A stretch of DNA of 62,691 bases, filler included, from Nemertoderma westbladi (GCA_032718475.1; 3 parts of 3 records of this genome joined end to end with filler, not necessarily neighbours in it), one strand, 5' to 3'. Shown: positions 47,763 to 61,207, counted from the whole stretch's first letter. Program-made: numbers and translations. Notes: generated from the sequence alone by a model not told the origin.

Positions 47763-50700
47763 GTGACTACTGCTCTATACGAGGATACCAACTCCCTTAT
47801 TCCACGAAGCTCCCGTTCAACACAGAGAAAGAGCAGTGAGATAGGAAATTTTCAGTTCAGTACTCTGTGATAGGTCAACATCAAGGATAACTCAAATTCT
47901 ATTGGGAGATACAAAACAAGGCTATGACGCAACCTCCCTAGGCTTGTTGGCCGATTAAACAGAGCCCAGATGCCTGCGTACAGCAAATCAGCCAATAAGC
48001 TGGTAACTTGCACTATTTTTAGCTGTAGATCACTTTGAGAGTATTCTTAGCGACTGGGGGGGAACTGGCCAATAAGGCAAACGAATCAGTTATCCCACAA
48101 AAGCTTTTACAGACGCTTCTTGTAGGAGTTGCGACCACAAGCGGTTTACTCCCGCAACTGAAAGATATGAGTATGAGAACCGTCCAGGAGAAATACCGGG
48201 CTGTACACCAGGCTGGGGTCGATAAATTGGCTACTGGGACAGAAGGCAGAGAAGAAAGAAGAACCAACCTGTTGAAATGTAAAAGACACTAACGATTGCT
48301 ACAATGAACGCACGCACTCTGAAAGCACTTACCAAACAGGGTGACATGGTCGCTCTGGCAATGGAATATAACATAGACATCAACTGCATCCAAGAACATC
48401 GGATTTGTCATGAAGACACTGCCATGAAGTACAATGACATTGGAAATGGATGGACGTTAGTAACAAGCTCAGCAGTAAGAAACTCGGCCAATGCATCAAT
48501 TTGTGGAGTAGGAATTCTGCTAAGCCCATTTGCACTTAAGACCCTAAACAACATCGAATCTATAAATTCCAGGGTTATGATCGCAAAATTTGATGGGAAT
48601 CCCAAGACAACAGTTATATGTTGCTACAGTCCAACCAATGCCTCCGAGCCAGAACAAGCAGTCAAGTTTTATGAAGAACTGACTGAACTTATTAAGGACA
48701 TTCCGAAACACAATGTTAAAGTCATTGCTGGTGACCTGAATGCGCAAATTGGCCCAGAAGACATCAAGGGTTACACCTATAACACCAGTTCTAACAGAAA
48801 TGGGTACTTACGTTTAGACCTAATGGAAGAATGTGAATTGATACCAACAAACAACACATTCGAAAAGAGTAAGGGGAAGCTATGGACCTTTCAATACCCT
48901 AATGGAACCAAAGCACAACTGGATTACATCCTTATAAACAAAAAGTGGAGAAACAGCATGATCAACTGCGAGGCATACAGCTCGTTCAACCTAATTGGTT
49001 CGGACCACATAATTGTGACTGCAGAGGTCAGACTCAGTTTGAGAGCCAGCAAACCCAGGCCAAGCAAGCAAATCAAATATGACTGGGAGAAACTCAGAAC
49101 TGACAATGCTGTAAAGGATGCTTATACAGTAGAAGTTCAAAACCGCTTTGAAGCACTTCAGTCAATGGATGAAGACTAATCCACCGATTCAATATACCAG
49201 AATATAATAACAGCCCACAAGGAATCAGCTAAGAGGCGTATCCCCCAGAAACCCAAACGAAAACAGTATGTGTCATGGCAAAACTCTGAGGTTTCTTGTA
49301 AGAGAGAAGATCTTAAGATAGCCTACAAAGTTAAAACCGAACAACCAACAACCGAAAACATTAACAAGGTTGAGAAAGCTAAGGACGATCTTAAATTGGC
49401 CTACAACATCAGCCAGGAAAAGTACATACAGGTTAAAACTGAAGCAATTACAACTGCTCACATACAGCAACAATCAAGACTTACCTGGTAAAATGTAAAT
49501 GAGGTATCTGGTCGGAAAAGTTGTGCAAAGGGGCGCTTCAAAGCCGATAGTCCTGAAGAACGTGTTGGGAAGTGGAAAAATCACTTCAGCATCTTGCTTG
49601 GGCAGCCACCAAACATCGAGGTCAGCCCTACAAGGAAAATATATGACAAGACACTACCCATAGAAACAGGGGACTTCACACCTGCCGAACTCCAAAGAAG
49701 CATTAAAAGCATGTCCAATAATAAAGCGAGTGGATTATATGAAATCCCAGCAGAGGTATGGAAAACAGGAGTGCTAAACAGACCATTATTGAATGTTTGC
49801 AACCGGATGTTAAAAGGGGAAAAGCCACCAACAATTTGGACTAAAGGTCAACTAAAGCCTCTCCCCAACAAAGGAGACCTCGGCATACCAACAAACTATC
49901 GTGGGATCTGTCTGCTTGTGGTAGCTGCCAAAATATACAATGAAATGATTCTATTTAGGATTAGGCCTCACATAGATAAACAACTGCGTAAGAGCCAAAA
50001 CGGATTTCGACCAAGTAGATCAACAATAGCTCAGATACTTGCACTACGGAGACTAATTGAAGAAATTAAGTCAAAGAATCTCCCAGCAGTCATGACTTTT
50101 GTGGACTTCAAGAAGGCATTCGACTCCATCCATAGAGGTAAAATGCTTGAAATCCTAAGAGCTTATGGAATACCAGAAGTAATTTTTGCTGTCATTGGAT
50201 TGTTATATTGTGACACAGAAGCGCAGGTACTCTCACCAGATGGTGAAACTGAGTTTTTCTCAATCCTGGCTGGCGTACTGCAAGGTGACACATTAGCACC
50301 ATTACTATTTGTAATTGTGCTGGATTACGCAATGAGGACAGCCACAAAGGGTGAAGACCTGGGATTCACACTTCAAGAACTCAGAAGTAGTATACATCCG
50401 GCAACTACAGTCACAGACACCGACTTTGCGGATGACATCGCCCTGCTCTCTAATACTCTAGCGGAGGCACAGCTTCTACTAAATAAAGTGGAGAGGGCTG
50501 CTAAGGAGGTTTGATTGCATATAAATGCTACCAAGACCGAATTCATGACCTTTAATGTTGATGGAAACTTGACAACCATTGATAATAATAATCAACTAAG
50601 GAAGGTCGATGACTTCCAGTACCTTGGATCATGGATAGAGAGTAGCAAAAAGGACATAGAAGTTAGGAAAGCAAAGGCTTGGGTAGCTCTATCAAAAATG

Positions 50701-51172
50701 GATACCATCTGGAAATCAGATCTTTCCAGGCACCTGAAGACTAAGTTCTTTCGAGCCACAGTGGAAGGTGTATTTTTATACGGGGGTGAGACCTGGACAC
50801 TGAACAACGAATTGATATGGTTGCTACACAAGACTACTAAGGGCAGCCCTAAACATCAGCTCTGTGGAGACAACACATGACAAACGCCGAGCTTTATGGT
50901 ACAATACACTACTGTATCAAACACCCTCCGTGAACGCAGATAAGATTCAGTGGGCACAGCTGGCGAAGTAAAGACGAGGTCATACCAGATCTACTTCTCT
51001 GGCAACCAACTCATGGAAAGCGTAGTCGTGGACGACCGGCCATAGCATATATAGATCAACTTGAAAGGGATACTGAACTTGGGAGAAACGAAATTGCGAC
51101 AACTACGGAGAATCGGGAAGCCTGGAAGGATCTCATTTCCACTGTCCGAGTTCGCTCGACCAAGTAGTAGTA
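47763..51172 (+). mobile_element. Near full-length, inactivated RTE-clade LINE (APE + RT)
   Basis: APE motifs (CIQEH, GDLNA, LDYIL, SDH) and RT motifs (DFKKAFDS, QGD, FADD); RTE-type C-terminus WQPTHGKRSRGRP; short (AGT)n tail; in-frame stops at 49179, 49491 and 50514 plus frameshifts. Confidence 0.92.
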
Positions 51173-53166
51173 AATTTACGTATAAAGTACTCAATAGCGC
51201 TTAAGACTAAGTACATAACATTTAATATTAAATAAAATATATGCGCGTTAAATTTGTTAAAAGTGGAATAAGTATCAGTTAGTTTACCAATTGGGCTACT
51301 TAATAAAGGCTTTCGTAAAGAGGTACTGGTAAGTCTTAAAGATCCTCTTTAAATTTCGATGTGTTCTCTTCTGATCGTAACTCGTGATGCAGTTTAATCC
51401 ATGGAATTAGTGTGGGGACTATGTAGGCCGTTCGTCCGTATGGTGCACGCCTTTAATGGGGTAGGCCTAGCTGAGAAAAATCTGAGATAATTACATATTT
51501 TCGACTCAAACAAATTACCACCCCGCCTCTGCTTGTAATTTCAATAAATGATAATAATTAATATATATTAATGTACAGTATATTATATATAATTAATATA
51601 TTAATATAATTCATAATATAAAAATAAATAATGTTAATTATAAATTCAACTTGAATTTAGCTTGGAAATAAATTTATAAAATTGATGGACCAATAATTAA
51701 TTTATTTCCATATTATTGTAAGAGATTATTGTTAGCATTATTAAAATTAAAATAATTTGTTGCATGTAACTAATTTATTTTAAAACGATGGGTGATTTAT
51801 GTGATTTATTTATAAATAACATATTATGATTTGGTTAAAAAGTGAATAGAACATATTGTGTCATCTCGGCGTTATGCAGTTATACTGTTATACACTGTTT
51901 CAATACATTATTATCCCAAGTGTAACAACTGTCCCTTATACTTTCTAATATGCAATGACCAATTCAAGGGAACTTTAGTAACAGTAGCATTGTGAACAAC
52001 GTGGGTAGAACCACCATCTCTTCAGAAGTTATTGATTTTTTTTTTTACAAACAACCCCCATTAATGAGAATGAAGATAGGCTACATATAAATTTGCAATA
52101 AAATTGTATTCAATCAACAAAACAGATGTTCCATTCCTCTCTGTGTTTATCGGTAGCGACAATTCACATATTCATCAGTAATTATCAAACACAATTTTAA
52201 AATCGTTAATGGTAAACAATGACACCCAAAATGGTGACCAAATATCAACCACCTAATTATTTAAAATCAACCCCAGTTTCGTGATTTAGAATTTTTTTAG
52301 AATATCTTTTTATATTAAATCATCACCCGACCGGCGTCCGCGGGGGTGTGTTAATAGGGAGGTGAACTGAAGCTCGACTTTATTAGAGTATAGTAGTATA
52401 TATTGTTAATTATGATATTGTAATTTAGTAATAGTTTTCATATCATAATTGCTTATAGGATGTAAAGTAGGCAGCAACATAATGAGTGACAGCGGTCCTG
52501 TCCGCGGTGGTAAGGTACCGGTACGAAACGTAACGAACTACTGTATGTGCTGTCTGCATCTGTATGATGAAGGAATTATTACTGTTAGGCATACCTGATA
52601 CCTCAGCGTGACTTTAGAATACAGAAGAGAACAATCATACTAAAATAATACTGTTACTTTATTTCAATTCACGCCGTGATATATATCTCCCCATAGCCCA
52701 TCATTGAGTTTACTTTATTTGACGGTGTATTTCACGCCTTCTTGAAAATAAGGAATATATATTATTATAATACAGTATTAAATGTTGAATAATTTATTGG
52801 AGGAGTTATGAGGATGAAGTGATGAAAACTCAGAAAATTCCCAAAATCGATAATCAATAATAATGAGAGATGGAATTTGGGTCACATACGCAGCTAATAA
52901 AAGGCACCATATTGGAGTTGAGATCCTCGGGCGCAAGTTTTCTTTGTATCATGTGGAAAGGATGCACTGCAACTTAAAGATAAGCAGTCAAGTAGGCCTA
53001 GTACCATAGTACAGTAGTAGTTGCTCGTAGATGCAAACTACATTGCAGGTCTGGAAATCAGTAATTGATTGCGCAACATACAAAAGTGCTTCAATTGAAC
53101 TGTTGGCTTATTAATATTTTATAAATGTTATAATTGAATTAAGTACCGTAACGCCATTGTATGGGC

Positions 53167-54361
53167 CAGGCCCGTAGCCAGTATAAGGCGAATGTAGGCG
53201 TCGCCTACCCAAAAGTGGGTCTCGCCTACCCAATTTTTTGGAAGAAATTTTACTTGATTAGTAATTTTACATTTTTACACAACCACTTTCTGGTTCCATG
53301 CGTCTTCTTTAAACATTAGCCTTCTAGTAATCAAACACAGGTACATATTACGAAGATACTTTCATTTTAATAATACCTTCCATAGGCCAACACTGTTTAC
53401 TACTACTACAGTACAGCAGGGCCAACTCCACCCTTATAGTCATCGAACACTGGTCCTGTAAGGTACGCAGCAAACTTCGCCCTCGTCCAATCTTCGCCCG
53501 GAGCAATTTTCGCCCTTCAAAATAAGAAACTATCGCCCGGTAAAAACCTTCACCCGCAGGCAATCTTCGCCCACGAGCAACCTTCGCCCACTAAACAATG
53601 ATTGTTTTGTTGAGAAAAAGCCGCCTCTCTAACCTGCTCCTTTCCCTCAATTTGTAACTAAAATAGTTTCTAACACAAATCTTATTGGGTGAAGGTTGCT
53701 CGCGGGCGAAGATTGGACATGGGCGAAGTTTGTAAGTGGGCGAAGGTTGCTATTTTGCTCAGAATAGAATCTGCTTATGATGTAGCTACTGTAGGTACCT
53801 GTTGAGTGTGTTGTGTTACCAATAAAAGGTATGTTTATCTGCAACTCTCCCCGCCTTTTTAGGTCCACGTAGCAAGACCTCTAGTATTCATTCCGTTGTT
53901 GGTGTTATGGTGTTCTTGTTGTTAATTTCCAGTTGGGTTTTAGTTTTATAAAAGTTTAGTTTAGATAATTTTAGCTTCATACGGCGCAGTGGCGAATTTG
54001 GTAAAGCATTGGACTTGGAATCTCTAGGCCTACATGCCAAGTTCAATCCCACTTCTCGGTGAATATTTTTGGTAGTACTGTAAGATTGGTAGTAAGCCAT
54101 TCAAGGAGGCAGTTAATGCGTTAGTAGGGACCTGCGTGATTTCGCGCTTCTTTATGTTGTGCTTTGTATACAAATGATGAACTGATGGCGGACTCCATCA
54201 CTCCATGTAGAACCATGTACCATGTAGAGGCCATGTAGTTTTTCTTTCTACCTACTGTATACAATTAAATCTATTATAAAATTCATCCAAGTTAAGATTT
54301 ATGCCTGCCTACTCTGATATTCCCTCGCCTACCCAACTAAAAAATCCTGGCTACGGGCCTG
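53167..54361. mobile_element. hAT-like MITE containing nested repeats
   Basis: TIR CAGGCCCGTAGCCAG / CTGGCTACGGGCCTG; 8-bp TSD GTATGGGC / GTGTGGGC. Confidence 0.85.
53853..54135 (+). mobile_element. Second copy of the hairpin + tRNA-derived element
   Basis: Homologous to 6935-7168 (reverse), including CTGTAAGATTGGTAGTAAGCCATTCAAGGA. Confidence 0.7.
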
Positions 54362-54610
54362 GTGTGGGCACCACTTTAAATAAGAATATATTATTAGATA
54401 TATAATATTGTGATTAGATAATAAGAGATATTTCAAAACGCCCAAACTACTGTACCATGACATATTGTATAAAGTATTATAATAGCTTTCTTTGACAATA
54501 GTTTATTTATAATTTACTTTACAATAAGTCTATACAATCTACAAATCTACAAATATAAATTTTTAATAACTTTTATAGATATATTATTTTGCAATAGAAA
54601 TTGCTTCATT

Positions 54611-55990
54611 ATGGGAAATATGAAGTTACTATCAGTGATTAGCATCGCTCTGATTATTATTACGGGAGGAGACTGGAAAACAATTGCTGATGGGGAACAC
54701 ATTATGGCCGATATGGGGCGATTAAAGGCGCAATTATTCGACAATTACTACACTGAAATTCGACCTGTGCAAAATCAATATGACAGAATCAAGGTTGCTG
54801 TTGATTTCAGGATTAGCAATATCATTGATCTCAATATTGTGGACTCCAGTATTATAGTAACTGCTTGGCTAACAATGGCTTGGTTGGATGAAAGTTTGTG
54901 GTGGGAGCCTGACGACTTTGGTGGAATTACTGAACTTTCGTTATCACCTTCTCAGGTGTGGTCACCCAGGATTACAGTGATGGACCTTGTTCAGCAGCAC
55001 ATTGGAGACACAGTTGATTATGCGACCCTACAAAACAATGGCGAGGTGATCTCTTACCAACGATGGGGTATTGTACTGTCCCAAAATTTTACTGCGAAAT
55101 ATTTTCCGTACGACATTCAACTGGTAAAATTTATGATACAATCCTGGACGTACGACGAAAATAAAGTAGACCTGAGATGGTGTACCAACATGCGCCATTC
55201 AATAAAAACTCTTCGGATATCATCTAATGAGTGGGCCTGGGATGATGCTATGTTATCTTCCATAAACGCGAAATATAATTCTCTTGACGGCCGACATGTC
55301 AACAACTTCACTCAGCTTATATATGCCATGACATTGTATCGAAATCCAGGGTTTTACTTCAAGACCATAATATTTCCATCTCTAGTTATCAGCGCAATAA
55401 TTCCACTTCTCTTTGCTTTACCGATTGAGACTGGTGACAGAATTGGCCTAGGAACAGGTCTATTTTTTGCGCAAATGATAAATCTCGTGATGGTTCAGGA
55501 TTTTCTACCCCCTGCATCCAAAGAGGAGCCCTTGCTAGCCCATCTATATTTTTTGAACGTAATTATTACCTTGATCTGCGTGATTGCCTGCATATTGATA
55601 GCGAAAGTCCACGTTGTCTTTGAAGAACAAGTAGCTCCACGTGATATAGGTTTAGTCGATACAAGACAAGAAGAAAAGTTGAATTTAGTCGGCGATTCTT
55701 CAATGAAAGTTAATAAATTCAGGAAATTGTTGAAGAAGATTGCTTTACACGCTGATAAAATAATGTTTATTTTATCAGCATTATTTGTTATCGTTTCCAA
55801 TATCTGGGTTATGTGCGATTTAGTGACACCACCTAGCGGGGTTCGCTTAATGCAAGATCTTCAGGAAGACAAGAATCTCACTGAAGTCCTTCAACTCGGA
55901 AATGATAATGATTACGATTATTACTCAGAAGACACGACGGCCATTCAACCAGAGTATGATTCCATAACAACCGTCTGGTCATGGTTTTAA
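54611..55990 (+). CDS. Intronless nAChR-like pentameric ligand-gated ion channel subunit lacking the Cys-loop cysteines
   Basis: Signal peptide, IRPV, WLTMAWLDESLWW, VWSPRI, YFPYDIQ, SWTYD, four TM helices, and LPIETGDRIGLG before M2; intact 459-aa ORF. Confidence 0.9.
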   Translation: MGNMKLLSVISIALIIITGGDWKTIADGEHIMADMGRLKAQLFDNYYTEIRPVQNQYDRIKVAVDFRISNIIDLNIVDSSIIVTAWLTMAWLDESLWWEPDDFGGITELSLSPSQVWSPRITVMDLVQQHIGDTVDYATLQNNGEVISYQRWGIVLSQNFTAKYFPYDIQLVKFMIQSWTYDENKVDLRWCTNMRHSIKTLRISSNEWAWDDAMLSSINAKYNSLDGRHVNNFTQLIYAMTLYRNPGFYFKTIIFPSLVISAIIPLLFALPIETGDRIGLGTGLFFAQMINLVMVQDFLPPASKEEPLLAHLYFLNVIITLICVIACILIAKVHVVFEEQVAPRDIGLVDTRQEEKLNLVGDSSMKVNKFRKLLKKIALHADKIMFILSALFVIVSNIWVMCDLVTPPSGVRLMQDLQEDKNLTEVLQLGNDNDYDYYSEDTTAIQPEYDSITTVWSWF

Positions 55991-56611
55991 AACAGTTTAT
56001 TATTAGTTTTATAGAATCAGACTGAAAGTTTCTTCCATTCATTCCTTTTTGGACCAAATAATATTTTCTTTATTGTTTTCGTTTTTACAGTTATATTTCT
56101 GAATCGCTTTATAGTACAGTGCAGTGATTGAAATTATCACAATTTTAATAAAACCCGAGATATTCCATAGTTAAGATGAGATCAGGAACTAAATTCAAAA
56201 TTAAAATACAAACCTAATGAATATTGGTTTTCCTTTTATTTATAAATAAAACAAAACGCTTTGTTTGTTTTGATTTTTTTTTTGCGAAACTTTCTTATTT
56301 TTTTTTTATATTGCCAAAATAAATGATTGTTTTATTTATTGGTTCTGGATACCATGATTTGGTGTTGGGTTTAAATGTTACTGTAAGTTCTTATCAATTA
56401 GTTTATCAATTACTTATTTATTAAATTATCCTTATCAATCGTTTAGCCGTTCACCATGACCTGGAATATACTGTAGTGTCGTAATTCAGTGACGGACCCC
56501 ACCCCCACCCCCCCCCCCCCGCGCCTTTTTTTTTTCATAAATCTAGGAGATATCTGACCTCGCGACCACTTACTCTAGACTCCCCACTAATTCTGGGGTA
56601 ACCCAGAATTA

Positions 56612-57787
56612 CAGTCGGGGTCTCAAAGTGCATCTGTTCTTTGAGATTTTCTCAAAGAACTAAAAGTGTCTCAAAGTTCCAAAAGTGGTCTAAGAAAATG
56701 ACAAAGTGTCCTCAAAGATTTCAAAGTAGCTCTAAGTCCTGTACTGTCAGTCATTTCATACAGTCCTGTTAGAAGCTGGCTATGGTATGGGGTATATTAA
56801 CTTTGACCAAAGGGTCAAAATATAAGTAAAAAACCTCTATGAAACAATAAAAATGCCTCCATAAAATACTGCAGTAATAAATATTTGTTACTGCAGTGAC
56901 AATTAATTATTACTAACAGTAACAAACTACTGCAGTAATAAAAAAATTGTCTTTTCTGCAGTAACAATTATTTGTTACTGCAGTAGAAATTTTTATTTAT
57001 TTATTAATATTTGTTACTGCAGTAATAAATATTTGTTAGATCAGTAATGATTATATGTTACTGCAGTAACTAATATTTATTACTGCAGTAACTACTGTTT
57101 ATTACTGCAGTATTCTTTTGTAGGTATTTTTATTGTTTCATAGAGGTTTTTATTAATTTATATTTTGACTCTTTAGAGTCGCCATAATTGCGGGCTATCG
57201 GAATGTGTTGGTATTTGTGTCTTAGACAGTTGTCTGTTGCCTTATCTATATTAGTGTATAGTACTTTTTAAATCTGTTTAGCCCACAGGGCCTTAGGAAT
57301 GTGAACGCCCAATTCCTTTACCCATGCATTTAAATGGTCAACCAGCCCTTCTTTGCCGCACTGCTGCTGCTGGGGTTAAAACGTTTGTAGCTTTATGCTA
57401 TTGTGTTATACAAAGTAAAGAATAAAATTGCGGCATGAATACAGAGAAATGATACGAGCTCACTAATTGGCTGTTCCCATAGATGTTTTAGGCATTGTAG
57501 ATGCGCAGTGTATATGGTCAGAGCGACCGCCCAGTCTGTCCAAATCTATTATGTAATCAAATGGTACCACAAGCACAAGCAAAAAAGCCTACGACAGTTC
57601 TTTCCGGCTCTGCACCTGTTTGTTTGAATGTCGCCGTCCGTGGGTCGCTACTCGCATGCAGTGATTGATAGCTTAAACTGGGTGCCGCTTTGCCAGAAGG
57701 CGGTATGTATACATCAATTGAATATCATGCAAACATTTAAAATATGCTCAAATAGAAAACACCAGTGGCAGGGGATACTTTAATATG
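56612..57787. mobile_element. Truncated copy of the MITE at 8454-10350 (opposite orientation)
   Basis: Starts TA|CAGTCGGGGTCTCAAAGTGC and tracks the reverse complement of 10350 down to ~9265. Confidence 0.88.
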
Positions 57788-58280
57788 TACTTATATATAC
57801 TTATGCTGTAAAAGTTGGAGACATGGTAGGAAACTGGACGCAAAACCCGCCTTGGAGAATTAATATCCCGTCTCAATGTTAATTTCTCAATTTAGGGAAA
57901 GTAGCAGGTTACAGTGGCATGTTATTTTAACCAAAACAATAAACTAAACACAATAGAACAGGTTACAGTTTTATTATTGAGAGTTATCAGATGTTATTTG
58001 CGTCGAATTTCCCCTGGAGAGGGATGAATTTTTATTGCGTCCAGTTCCCCCCCATATCTGAAAAGTTGCCACGTGTAAACAGGCCTTAAGGCAAATCCCC
58101 TAAATAAAGCAGAAATCGCCAAAAAAAAAAAGGTAAACAAATACCGGAATCTTAGATATAAGATAATTTATTATCTATTGCGATGATAACTGATACCAGG
58201 TAGGTAATTTATTAATATTTTAATATTAACTAATAAACCAACGCAGTTTATGTATTTTTATATTAAAATCCCCGGTAAAA

Positions 58281-58832
58281 CTAATCTTGACTCATCATCT
58301 TCTGCTTCTTCAACTTTTTCTGCGAAACTTTCTTCTTTTTTTCTTCCTCCTCAGGTTTCGGAACAACCTGATCCTGCTCCTGTAGGATCAACTCGATGTG
58401 ACAGGGGGAACTCATGTACGGGTTGATCCTACCATGGGCACGGTAAGTCCGTCTACGCATAGCGGCCGCTCGGTTTACCTGAATGTGTGAGATAACGAGA
58501 GCGTCAACGTCCAAACCCTTAACTTCCGCGTTAGATTCAGCATTCTTCAACAGTTGCAACACAAAGTCCGCGCTTTTCTTAGGCCATCGACCTTGAGCCC
58601 ATTTATGTGCTTTGCATTGAGCCTTTCTGCCAACCCCACCTTTGTACCGTCGGAAAGGTACGATCTCTTTCTTCTGAACGACGTTCTTTAGGAAGGTGTT
58701 AGCACGACGGAGGTGCATTCCTTTCACGGCCTGTGCCGTTTCGCGTGTGTTCTTAAAGTGAACTCGCAAATCTGAACCTCGCGCTTTCGCGCATTTGGAT
58801 AAGTTTTCAGGTGTTGCGGAGTAGCGAACCAT
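58281..58832 (-). CDS. RPL17: 60S ribosomal protein L17 (uL22), intronless CDS
   Basis: MVRYS...[20 protein letters not shown]...[23 protein letters not shown]; intact 183 aa; minus-strand AATAAA ~70 nt after the stop. Confidence 0.97.
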   Translation of the reverse strand: MVRYSATPENLSKCAKARGSDLRVHFKNTRETAQAVKGMHLRRANTFLKNVVQKKEIVPFRRYKGGVGRKAQCKAHKWAQGRWPKKSADFVLQLLKNAESNAEVKGLDVDALVISHIQVNRAAAMRRRTYRAHGRINPYMSSPCHIELILQEQDQVVPKPEEEEKKKKVSQKKLKKQKMMSQD

Positions 58833-60859
58833 TATTGTATTTTAGTGTTTTATTCAGTGGGTATCAAAGTAGAGTAATACAGTAATACTAATACATGTAA
58901 TAGTAGGCTACCAGTACTGCAGTAGTACATAGTACGACAACTAATCTGCTAATTGGTTGCTATGTCCTGCCTCCTGTCCACCCTAGTGCAGTAGGCTACT
59001 GACCTATTACATTACCATTCGACTCCTGTACTGTGTAGTGTAGGCCTACTGTATAGCACTATAGCAGGTAAACCCTCCCATGCCATGTCTGCCTGGCGCT
59101 TTAGGTCCTGGTCTGCTGGTAGCGTTAGGTCCGTGGCATTAGGTCCTGGTAGCCGTAGCATTAGGTCTGTCTGTCAGTCTGTCTGTGGCCTTATGCCCTG
59201 ATAGCATTAGCCATTAGGGCCGTGCCATTAGATCAGTCGGTCCAGTCTGCCTCCAAAACCAGGCAAGTTAGGCCTAGTAAAAGCGGAAAGGAGCAGGTTA
59301 CAGAGGCGAGTTGAAAGGAACCAAAACAATAAACGAGAAATAGCTAGGGTGCTAGGCTGCGAGGGATATTGTAGTAGAGGTAGGGGGTATCCCGGGTCAG
59401 TGATCAGATTTTTGGTGATGCCCTTCAAACAGTCAAATCAGCTTGGGATATGTTTTTTCGATGCATTATCAGATTATGGCATATGCAGATATGCTGATAT
59501 GGGCATAATATTCACAAAAAATTTGAAATTTTATTCCAAATTCATCAGCAGCAAGAAAAAAAACTGAGCGGTACCCATATCACATATTACGGTCGAGCGA
59601 CTGAGCGATAATGGATTTATGATAATTTTGCTTGTATAGGTACCAACTTCTTATGGTCGTATTGACTTGATTTTGGTTTCATGTCACCATTTAGTCATTA
59701 AACGCTAAATTTCTTAAAGTTATGGTAGATTTAACAAAATTTAACTTATTTTTACTATAATTCTGACTTAAAAATAAATAAATTTTAAAAAGCCAATATA
59801 TATGGGCATGTGAGATGTCATTCGATTCAGAAAGTTCCTCGGATGCCGAATCTAGCATCTACTGATCTAGCTGTCTAGTGATGCCTGATGAGGTCATACT
59901 GCAGTACTGGAGAAGGATTGGATTATCTAAATATTACTGTATTGTATTGTGTATGATCTCAGCTTGGGACAGCTTTTTACAGATTTTAAATCTGTAAAGT
60001 TAAGAGATAGGTTAGAGGCAATAAATCCACTTTTGAGGCCCTTTCTTAGGGGCAAGAAAGCTTTACTGATTGTTGACATTTATGCAGCTTGCAGCCTTGC
60101 TTTAACCTGTCTGCCTGTCCCTCATGACAAGTCAGCCAATTCTGACCTTATTGTAGAACGTGAAGGCCAAGAAAACATATGACATCCTATACCGATTTGG
60201 ACCTAACAGCCTAACGCCAGAACGCTACATTACCGATATTCACTACCGGTACTGCCAGACTGCAGTACCATGCCATGGCCTGGCAGTACTGTCAACTGCT
60301 GAACTGTCACTGTCGGTGCTGTCGGACTGTCAACTGTGTACGGCCAGTGCCAGACGACAGTGCTGCTACAGCAGTACGGGTGCTGGTCACCTCGCCGCAC
60401 TGCCACTTCGCCGCAAGTCATCTCGCCGCAGATAATGTGCGGCGAGGTGTCTTGCGGCGAGGTGTCTCACTGTGAATGCCATTTCGCCGCAAATTATCGG
60501 TCACCTCGCCGCAAGTCAATATTAATCATTTATTTCTATATTTACAGGGAAGCCTACTAAGCCTAGTTATGGCATTGGACATTATTATAAGAAGAAATAA
60601 AATAATACGGTAAGGTTTGTTGTTCTATTATAATTACTGTATTATTATAGATATACAGTGAGAGAATTTGAGTTACGTATTAGATTATAGTAAAACAGTC
60701 CTAATCGTATGTTTGTCAAAAATGTTGATCAGTTGTTTAAAAGGCTTCCCCGAAAACACGCAAAAGCGCAACGGCGCAACAGCTCTATAACCAACGGGCA
60801 GCATTGGCGCAACAACCCAGGATTGGTTTATTCATTCAACTCTAATTCCATTGGCTTGT

Positions 60860-61000
60860 ACATTCTGTTGCGTTCTATGGCATTCCATAAAGCAAGGTAC
60901 TGTACGTTCTAAAAGGGATGCGACCTTTAACAATCCTAGTACCAATATGGAACTCACTTCCCAGTGACGTTATCGAATCAGTAAGTTTAAATTTCGCAAT
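60860..61000 (+). pseudogene. 3' remnant of a CR1/L2-type LINE
   Basis: Translates to LVPIWNSLPSDVIESVSLNF, the typical WNSLP C-terminal motif. Confidence 0.55.
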
Positions 61001-61039
61001 GAAATGTTTTATTCCAAATTTGAACTAATAACTACTAAC

Positions 61040-61207
61040 AACTAATAATGATGTTGAAGGGTGGCATCGGAGATTGAATACACGAACTGAACGAGACCAC
61101 CTCCCGTTCTACACACTGTTGGAGCTTCTCCACCGAGAGGCGGCGATGGTCCCATTACAGGTGACTCTTGTAAGCCAGTCGGCAGTCAAACGACACCAAC
61201 GGGCTAA
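61040..61207 (+). pseudogene. MULE transposase fragment
   Basis: TNNDVEGWHRRLN...LPFYTLLELLHREA: the conserved block carrying the catalytic Glu of animal MULE transposases. Confidence 0.7.
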
